The notes beneath the pieces were generated by a model. It was not told where the DNA came from and made no database searches. It saw only the letters and a program-made list of their open reading frames with translations. The translations under genes and the position numbers were made by a program. A stretch of 54,994 nucleotides of DNA from Methanothermococcus sp. SCGC AD-155-E23 (GTDB lineage: Archaea; AGJL01; Methanococci; Methanococcales; Methanococcaceae): contig JAHEQA010000032.1 in the NCBI GenBank assembly GCA_019561615.1, forward strand, positions 1 through 54,994, written 5' to 3'. Below are positions 48,488 through 54,994 of this stretch, in pieces; the first letter of the stretch is position 1; the number at the start of each line of letters is the position of its first letter.

Positions 48488-48943
48488 TCCTTTTAACAGT
48501 ACAGGTAGAATATAGAAGAGGGCTACAAACCCCCCTATAAAACCTGTTATAAATCTCAACTCGTTGAAGCTCTCCCTTAAACCTAGTAGTTGGGTGGTGC
48601 CATCAATACCCATGGGAATTAGTGCCAAAATTAGATACCATTTATTGGGAATCTTAAAGTTGTCCAATCCTCTAATAAAGGGGTATATCAACATCCCCAC
48701 TAGAGCCCCTGTATAGATACCGAAACACCTGGCACATACCCCCATCTTGTGGTTGAATATGAAGTAACTTCTCTCAGGTAGCTGATGACAGATAGGGGAG
48801 TATATACTGTAGATAAGAAGGGATAGCAGCCTATTTTTATCGTAGAGATAGGGGGCTAAAAAAATACCCAGGTAGAATATAAACAATAGAGAGAGGAAGG
48901 TGAGGTAGATATAGAGAAGCTTTTTCTCCATGTTGTTATTCAC
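48458..48943 (-). CDS. DUF2085-family membrane protein
   Basis: ICHQLPERS, VCARCFGIYTG, IDGTTQ, ESFNELRFITG. Confidence 0.88.
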   Translation of the reverse strand: MNNNMEKKLLYIYLTFLSLLFIFYLGIFLAPYLYDKNRLLSLLIYSIYSPICHQLPERSYFIFNHKMGVCARCFGIYTGALVGMLIYPFIRGLDNFKIPNKWYLILALIPMGIDGTTQLLGLRESFNELRFITGFIGGFVALFYILPVLLKGLREFNFFKD

Positions 48944-49353
48944 CTTCTTAACCTTCCGTAAAGTAACCCTCCAGTAAATCCAGAGATAGCACCTACTATA
49001 GTATAGAAGGGGATGTTCATCTTATAGTCGTTCACCACCATTATACTCTCCCTGTATATCAATTCAATGAAGTGATCCCCCGTGGAAGAAGCTATACCAA
49101 CATCATTTATCACAGATGTTAGGATTATTAAAGTATCTAGACACCAGCTAACAAATCCTGCAATAAACCCACTTAATACCCCAGCTATTATATAGTCCAT
49201 GTTACTCCTTGGAGATTCCCTACTCATGAGATAGGCAGTGATAACACCAGCGAGGATGTAGGGGAGAATAGAGAGGGGAAGTAGGGAAAAAAGTATCCCA
49301 CCAATTACTCCCCCAACAAGTACAGCTTTAGCCATTCCATCTCTATATGTCAT
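48940..49353 (-). CDS. 4-TM membrane protein, paralog 3 (DUF5518-like)
   Basis: AVLVGGVIGG..AGVITAYL..DYIIAGVLSGFIAG, homologous to the two upstream genes. Confidence 0.7.
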   Translation of the reverse strand: MTYRDGMAKAVLVGGVIGGILFSLLPLSILPYILAGVITAYLMSRESPRSNMDYIIAGVLSGFIAGFVSWCLDTLIILTSVINDVGIASSTGDHFIELIYRESIMVVNDYKMNIPFYTIVGAISGFTGGLLYGRLRR

Positions 49354-49375
49354 AACTACTACCTCGAAGGATACC

Positions 49376-49774
49376 TTATTTTTTCTCTATCCATATCCTA
49401 TAGAGTATAGCTCCAATAACTCCAAAGGCAGCACCTATTATTATAGATATAAGGGCTCCTATCAGAAGTAAGAGGGCAGCCATTGTTAAATCTATGTCCG
49501 TAGAAGTCACTGTTCCAGATAGAAGGATGCCCCCCATATCTATCAACCAACTAACAAATCCTGCAATACCTCCACTTAGTGCCCCAGAGATGAGATAGTC
49601 TCTATCGCTGGGAAGGTACTCCTGGGTCAAGAGGTAGCCAGTAATAATACCAGATAAAAGGTAGAGGAGACAACTACAACTACCAAAAATAGGAAGAAAA
49701 GAAAAAATAAGTACTAAAACCCCTGTAACAACCCCTCCAATTAGGGCAGCTTTAATCATCTCTCTATATCCCAT
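49376..49774 (-). CDS. 4-TM membrane protein, paralog 2 (DUF5518-like)
   Basis: ALIGGV..GSCSCLLY..YLLTQEYLPSDRDYLISGALSGGIAGFVSW..IIIGAAFG. Confidence 0.75.
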   Translation of the reverse strand: MGYREMIKAALIGGVVTGVLVLIFSFLPIFGSCSCLLYLLSGIITGYLLTQEYLPSDRDYLISGALSGGIAGFVSWLIDMGGILLSGTVTSTDIDLTMAALLLLIGALISIIIGAAFGVIGAILYRIWIEKK

Positions 49775-50136
49775 ATATATCCCTGTTAACTTTTAGCCAA
49801 CTCCTCTGTCACTACTCTATATATCACTGCTCCAATAGCTCCAAAGGCGGCACCTATTATTATGGATATGAAGAAACTTAGTAGAAGGATAATGGCAAAC
49901 AGTATAAAGCCTATTTCAGCGGATTCCATGTATAAACTGGAGTAATACTGGGCCCCTACAGCCTTCATATAGGAGGCAGCTACTGTTCCAGATATAAGGA
50001 TTTTCACTATACCTACTATAGTACCTAATATCCAACTAACAAATCCTGCAATACCTCCACTTAGTGCCCCAGAGATGAGATAGTCTCTATCACTGGGAAG
50101 GTACTCCTGGGTCAAGAGGTAGCTGGTAATAATACC
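49547..50136. repeat. Near-identical direct repeat inside paralogs 2 and 1 (49547-49651 and 50032-50136)
   Basis: 105 nt with 3 mismatches by eye; the 92-nt core has 1 mismatch. Confidence 0.85.
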
Positions 50137-50259
50137 TGAGAGAGTATAGAGGAAACAGCAACAACAACCTCCTATAAGTGAAAAAAGAAAGGTTATTATT
50201 CCTGTAATAACCCCTCCAATTAGGGCAGGTTTAACCATCTTCTCATTTATATACTCCAT
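49786..50259 (-). CDS. 4-TM membrane protein, paralog 1 (DUF5518-like, CCCC motif)
   Basis: PALIGGV..GGCCCCFLY..same core as paralog 2. Confidence 0.75.
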   Translation of the reverse strand: MEYINEKMVKPALIGGVITGIITFLFSLIGGCCCCFLYTLSGIITSYLLTQEYLPSDRDYLISGALSGGIAGFVSWILGTIVGIVKILISGTVAASYMKAVGAQYYSSLYMESAEIGFILFAIILLLSFFISIIIGAAFGAIGAVIYRVVTEELAKS

Positions 50260-50271
50260 AGTAACACCTGT

Positions 50272-50922
50272 TTATCTATTTTTCAAGTAGTTTTCCCAAT
50301 CTCTCATGAAGATATCTATACCTTGATCTGTCAAGGGATGGTGGAACATCTTCTCCAGTACCTGGGGAGGTATAGTAGCTACATGGGCCCCAAGTTTTGC
50401 AGCCTCAATTACATGACGTGGATGTCTTATGGAGGCTACAATAACCTCTGTCTCTATCTGGTAGTTCCTGAATATGGTTACTACCTCCCTTACCACCTCC
50501 ATACCTATTTGGCCGTTGTCGTCTAATCTACCTACAAAGGGAGAGACGTAGGTTGCCCCAGCCTTTGCCGCAATTAGTGCCTGATTTGCAGAGAATACTA
50601 GGGTAACGTTAGTTTTTACACCCTCCTCCGAGAGAATATTTACAGCCCTTATACCCTCCTTGGTCATAGGTATTTTAACCACTATGTTATCTGCAAGTTT
50701 TGAGAGCTCCCTGGCCTCCCTAACCATACCTTCAGTGTCTAGGGCTGTGACCTCCACACTTACAGGACCCTTTACAATCTCACATATCTCCCTAACTACC
50801 TCCTGGAAATCCCTCCCCTCCTTTGCAATTAAGGTTGGGTTTGTTGTAACCCCATCTACTATACCTAGCTGGGCATACTCCCTTATCCTCTCAACATCTG
50901 CAGTGTCCAGGAAAAACTTCAC
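50272..50922 (-). CDS. tal: Transaldolase / fructose-6-phosphate aldolase family
   Basis: [41 protein letters not shown]; GTG start. Confidence 0.92.
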   Translation of the reverse strand: MKFFLDTADVERIREYAQLGIVDGVTTNPTLIAKEGRDFQEVVREICEIVKGPVSVEVTALDTEGMVREARELSKLADNIVVKIPMTKEGIRAVNILSEEGVKTNVTLVFSANQALIAAKAGATYVSPFVGRLDDNGQIGMEVVREVVTIFRNYQIETEVIVASIRHPRHVIEAAKLGAHVATIPPQVLEKMFHHPLTDQGIDIFMRDWENYLKNR

Positions 50923-50982
50923 ACCTTTCACCTCTAACCCTTTTTGATCATTATTCTAGTACCTCTCTTTATATACTTTATC

Positions 50983-52644
50983 TTATACCAACTCCTTTCC
51001 CATGTAGGGACCTATCCTTCTATATCCTAGCCTTCTGTAGTACTCCCTTACACCTATACCACTGGTAACAAGTATCTTCTTCATCTGGAACTCCTCCCTG
51101 GCTATCCTCTCAGCCTCCCTTAGGAGGGCTCTACCGTAACCCCTATGTTGCCATGCCATCTCCTCCCTATACTCCTCTTCAAATAACCCCTGCTCCTGAC
51201 CACATACATGTAACTGTCTAACTAGTGCAGTTTTATCGTCTATCTCTGGTCTAAAGGGTTTATAGGGTATCCTCAACCTTAGGTATCCTATGAGTATATC
51301 TTTCTTAACGTCCTCGAAGGATAGGAATATCTCATGACCTCCACTTGCACTGTAGTCCTCCCTACAGAGCTTTATATTCTCAGGGTCTGGATAGACACCC
51401 CTCTTGTAGATTACATGTCCCACCTCCCTACACCTGATACATCTACACCTTATACCTAACCTCTCTAGATTTTTGTATACCAACTCCCCTAAGTTGCTCT
51501 TCTTAACCCCGTCTACAATAACATTTGCAGGGATGTCCCTCTGTATTCTAGATGTTCTAACCCACTTGGGCATTATGGACTTGGCATAGGTTATAATCTC
51601 CACAGCCTCCTCCTCTCTTATAGGTTTGAACTTCCCCTCCTTCCACAACTTGTAGAGTTTTGTACCCTCTATCACCAGACAGGGGTAGATCTTTACAAGG
51701 TCAGGTCTAAAATCTGGGTTGCTAAATATCTCCTTAAATACCTTCTTGTCCATCTCTATTGAGGAGCCTGGGAGACCTGGCATAATATGATAGGAGACCT
51801 TTAAACCACTGTCCTTTAAAAGTTGTGTAGCCCTTATAGTGTCCTCTACTGTATGACCCCTTTCGATAAACTCCAGGATATCGTTGTATATGGTCTGAAC
51901 ACCTAACTCCACCCTGGTAGTACCTAACTTGAGCATCTGGTTTATCTCCCTCTCACCACAGTAGTCAGGCCTAGTCTCCAGTGTAAGGGCAACACATCTA
52001 TGTTTAGCAGTTTCATTTATCCTCTGTGCCTCCTCAAGGGTTCTGGAGGGTCTCTCGTTGAGGGCGTCTAGACATCCCTTTATAAAGTTATCCTGATACT
52101 CTATATCCCTGGCTGGAAATGTTCCACCCATGATTATAAGTTCCACCTTGTCTGTAGGATGTCCTATCTTCTCCAACTGCCTTATCCTCTCCCTGGTCTG
52201 GATGTAGGGATCGAAGTTGTACATAAGTCCTCTCATGGTGGCAGGCTCCCTACCGGTGTAACTTTGTGGCACATCTCCAAATACACTGTTTATACCTCCT
52301 GGGCAGAAGATACACTTTCCATGGGGACATTTTTCAGGTGACGTCATAACAGCTACAACTGCCACCCCTGAGATAGTTCTAACAGGTTTCTTCCTTAATA
52401 TGGGGATAAGTTCCCTCCTCTCCTCCTCTGTTGCATACCTTATAATCTCTGAGTTTGGAGGGAAACCTATCTCTAACTGGAACCTTCTAATACACTCCCT
52501 CTTAATCTCCTCTATTTTCTCCTTCCTCTTCTTGGGAGGGAGGTTTTTCAGTATCTCTTTTTTATCCAGTAGACTCTTAATTATGCACCTTATAAAGTCC
52601 CTGTAGGTGTTTTTGTCTACCTCTTTTACCTCCATGATTCTCAC
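50983..52644 (-). CDS. elp3: Elp3 tRNA U34 carboxymethyltransferase (radical SAM plus KAT)
   Basis: RTISGVAVVAVM, CPHGKCIFCPGG, ETRPD, RIQRDIP, CRCIRCRE, WQHRGYG, GIGVREYY. Confidence 0.96.
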   Translation of the reverse strand: MRIMEVKEVDKNTYRDFIRCIIKSLLDKKEILKNLPPKKRKEKIEEIKRECIRRFQLEIGFPPNSEIIRYATEEERRELIPILRKKPVRTISGVAVVAVMTSPEKCPHGKCIFCPGGINSVFGDVPQSYTGREPATMRGLMYNFDPYIQTRERIRQLEKIGHPTDKVELIIMGGTFPARDIEYQDNFIKGCLDALNERPSRTLEEAQRINETAKHRCVALTLETRPDYCGEREINQMLKLGTTRVELGVQTIYNDILEFIERGHTVEDTIRATQLLKDSGLKVSYHIMPGLPGSSIEMDKKVFKEIFSNPDFRPDLVKIYPCLVIEGTKLYKLWKEGKFKPIREEEAVEIITYAKSIMPKWVRTSRIQRDIPANVIVDGVKKSNLGELVYKNLERLGIRCRCIRCREVGHVIYKRGVYPDPENIKLCREDYSASGGHEIFLSFEDVKKDILIGYLRLRIPYKPFRPEIDDKTALVRQLHVCGQEQGLFEEEYREEMAWQHRGYGRALLREAERIAREEFQMKKILVTSGIGVREYYRRLGYRRIGPYMGKELV

Positions 52645-52698
52645 CCTTTTAAATATCGTTATATTTATAATAATAAATTAATAGTTAGAAAAAATTAT

Positions 52699-52944
52699 CT
52701 AGTCTTCCATCTTACCTATGGCCTCCAATAACTCTTCCCAGGCCTCTAGGCTTAACTTTGCATCCTCCTCACTTAACACCTCTATGGCATATCCAGTATG
52801 TATCAGTATGTAGTCACCAACCTTTACATCTTCTAGAAGTGTTAACTTGGCCTTCTGTCTTACCCCCTTGTACTCTGCAATGGCGTATCTCTCTCCATTC
52901 TCTTCAACTATCTCTACAACCTTACAGGGTATTGCTAGGCACAT
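52699..52944 (-). CDS. hypC: Hydrogenase maturation chaperone HypC
   Basis: [19 protein letters not shown]. Confidence 0.95.
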   Translation of the reverse strand: MCLAIPCKVVEIVEENGERYAIAEYKGVRQKAKLTLLEDVKVGDYILIHTGYAIEVLSEEDAKLSLEAWEELLEAIGKMED

Positions 52945-53450
52945 ACTAAAACCTCCTCTAGATTTAGTAATTTCCAGATATCATCTCCCCAGAGGGCTAA
53001 GGGAACTATTACAACACCATGTCTTATCACTCTACTTAGAAAGACGGCAAGGATATACCTGTCAAAGGGCATTCCAAAGGCCCCACATACCCAACACATT
53101 ATCTCAAAGGGTAGTGGTGTAAAACTTATAAGGATAAAACCTAATACCCCATACTTCTTGAAAAATCTCTCTCCCTTTCTATACTCCTCCTCCTTGAAGA
53201 GCATCAGTGCCAACTTCTCCCCGTACCTTGAGGAGAGGTAGTAGGTAACAGTGGATCCAAGTAGGGAACCTAGAAGGGCAGAGAGGAACACATACCTCCA
53301 ATCTAGACCCATGGATATGGCAATTATCATAAATATTTCTGTTGGAAAGGGTTGAAATATAGGTTCAGAAAAACCTATGATAAAGATACCTAACAACCCG
53401 TACTTCTCCACTAGTTCTACAAAGACACTTTTAAGGAACTCTAGATCCAT
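52935..53450 (-). CDS. YqaA/DedA (VTT, SNARE-associated) membrane protein
   Basis: [30 protein letters not shown]. Confidence 0.85.
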   Translation of the reverse strand: MDLEFLKSVFVELVEKYGLLGIFIIGFSEPIFQPFPTEIFMIIAISMGLDWRYVFLSALLGSLLGSTVTYYLSSRYGEKLALMLFKEEEYRKGERFFKKYGVLGFILISFTPLPFEIMCWVCGAFGMPFDRYILAVFLSRVIRHGVVIVPLALWGDDIWKLLNLEEVLVCA

Positions 53451-53459
53451 CTTAACCCT

Positions 53460-54059
53460 TTACTCCTCTATCTTTCTCTTGTCCCTTGGCATACAGATGA
53501 TCTCCCTTACCTCCATATCGAAGAAATTCCTTAGATTTGCAGGCTTTATCACAACTGCAGTATCTGCCCCCCTACTTCTACCTCCAATGGCAATTACATC
53601 ATCTCTGGTTTTAATAAGACCTCCATCTGCAGCCATGAGGGTAATCTCATAACATACCTTCAACCCATGTCCAAAGGTCCTAAGGGTATGGGCTATTATC
53701 TCTACTGGATAGGCACCTCCAAATTTGTTGGATATTGCCCTCTCAACACCACTTAGGGCATGGGGTCCTATGAATATCTTTGCACCCCTCTTTTTCAACT
53801 CCTCCATGGTCTCCTCACTCATGGTAAGTTTATCCACCTCGTGGAACCCCTGGTGGTATGTAACCACTACTACATTTAGATGGAGACCTCTTTCCTCCAG
53901 TATATCCAGGAGTTTCCTTGCAGTATCTCCATAGGAGGAGGCCACCACTATATCTTTAATGTTTAACTCCTGGGCCCTCTCAACTGCCAACTTCAAGGTC
54001 TCCTCTGTATTTTGCACCCCAGCCCTTTCAAAGTATACTATAGATTTCCTTATACCCAT
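53460..54059 (-). CDS. Pyruvate-kinase C-terminal-like domain protein (COG1751/MTH1675-like)
   Basis: [50 protein letters not shown]. Confidence 0.85.
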   Translation of the reverse strand: MGIRKSIVYFERAGVQNTEETLKLAVERAQELNIKDIVVASSYGDTARKLLDILEERGLHLNVVVVTYHQGFHEVDKLTMSEETMEELKKRGAKIFIGPHALSGVERAISNKFGGAYPVEIIAHTLRTFGHGLKVCYEITLMAADGGLIKTRDDVIAIGGRSRGADTAVVIKPANLRNFFDMEVREIICMPRDKRKIEE

Positions 54060-54063
54060 TTTC

Positions 54064-54801
54064 TCACCTCCTAATTTTATCCTGTTTTATCAGGGCCTCC
54101 CTTACACTCCTCTTAACTGCCCTGGCTATCATCTCCCCTAACTTGGTATGCCCCCCTGTATACTGGACCCTCCTTCCAAATCCCTTAACTACTATCACGT
54201 TGTCAGTACCTGTACCTGTCGCCTGTAACTCTGGATGCCTTGTACTCCTTATATCCAACTCCTGGAATACATTTGTCTTCGCCTCTGTAATGGTTATAAT
54301 ACTCCTGGCCATAGCCCCATCTGTCAAGTTGGCATTGGTTACAAGTATAATATTTACAGTCCCTACATTAATCCTGTAGGTTTTAAAGTCCTTCTCTATG
54401 TAGTCACTTTCCTCGTCTCCCAGTCTTACAGCGTTGTACTTAGCCCCGGCAGTTGTAAAGGCTACTACGTAGAATTCATCAAACTCCTCCTTGGCTATGG
54501 CAAGGTTATCCATATCTGCACCTGTAGATAGTAGGGCTATATCCTCCTCCCTAACCCCTAACTTCCTTATTACCATCTCCCTGTACTCCCCATAGTTATG
54601 AACCTTGTCCCAGAAGGGTTTAGGTATGGAGGTGTTGGCGACGTACTTTACAACTTTAAACCCCTCCCAGGTGGAGAGTACCTTCCTCCTCTTCCCAAAC
54701 TCTATAAGCAGTGTTTTAGTCTCCAGGGATTCCTCCCCTATCTCTACGGTGTGTTTTATCTTCATCGCCCTCCAGTCATCTAACCTGTATATCTCCTCCA
54801 T
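54064..54801 (-). CDS. cbiZ: Adenosylcobinamide amidohydrolase
   Basis: LSTGADM, TTAG..NA, GTVNII, ITEAK, ATGTGTD, GGHTKLG. Confidence 0.88.
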   Translation of the reverse strand: MEEIYRLDDWRAMKIKHTVEIGEESLETKTLLIEFGKRRKVLSTWEGFKVVKYVANTSIPKPFWDKVHNYGEYREMVIRKLGVREEDIALLSTGADMDNLAIAKEEFDEFYVVAFTTAGAKYNAVRLGDEESDYIEKDFKTYRINVGTVNIILVTNANLTDGAMARSIITITEAKTNVFQELDIRSTRHPELQATGTGTDNVIVVKGFGRRVQYTGGHTKLGEMIARAVKRSVREALIKQDKIRR

Positions 54802-54805
54802 GGTT

Positions 54806-54994
54806 TCACTGTGATAACTTTCTAAATACCTCCTCTATAGCCCTTAAGGTCTCCTCTATTACCTCCCCCTCATGTTTCACAGAGGTGAAGCAACATTCAA
54901 ACTGTGAAGGTGGAATAAACACACCCCTCTCCAGAAGACCGTAGAAGTATCTGTTGAACATCTCAATATCACTTCTCCTGGCACTTTCATAGTC
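54806..54994 (-). CDS. hemL: Glutamate-1-semialdehyde aminomutase, C-terminal 62 aa (runs off the window)
   Basis: DYESARRSD..FNRYFYGLLERGVFIPPSQFECCFTSVKH...*. Confidence 0.9.
   Translation of the reverse strand, partial: DYESARRSDIEMFNRYFYGLLERGVFIPPSQFECCFTSVKHEGEVIEETLRAIEEVFRKLSQ

Overview
Core-genome window of a thermophilic Methanococcales archaeon (Methanothermococcus/Methanofervidicoccus-like, judged from the rRNA, the Thr-Pro-Tyr-Lys-5S-Asp operon and gene content). It holds a minus-strand 16S-tRNA(Ala)-23S operon. The 23S is cut off at about position 275 by a chimeric 140-bp tandem duplicate of 4181-4314, most likely an assembly artefact. There are about 55 mostly housekeeping genes: argH, argB, hemB, hemL, trpC, trpD, cbiG, cbiE, cbiZ, ribB, ribC, thiC, pgk, fen, proS, elp3, dys, nop5-fibrillarin, trm5b, truD, rio2, a METTL5-like gene, MJ0100/MJ0099-type homocysteine synthesis genes and polyferredoxins. 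There are also seven tRNAs and a 5S rRNA. I saw no CRISPR array, transposase or integrase. Features the ORF track misses: an intergenic C/D-box sRNA (30613-30673, minus) predicted to guide methylation in the 23S peptidyl-transferase centre; an internally deleted ferredoxin; and four frameshifted genes. The best candidates for uncharacterised systems are (i) a paralogous pair of an active PP-loop ATPase and a KH-domain protein with a dead PP-loop, reminiscent of Ctu1/Ctu2, (ii) a triplicated membrane-protein array with a homogenised core and variable loop next to a DUF2085 gene, and (iii) a DUF2226 plus membrane-anchored Roadblock-like operon near a MinD-like ATPase that lacks the signature lysine. 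All family names come from my recognition of motifs, not from database searches.
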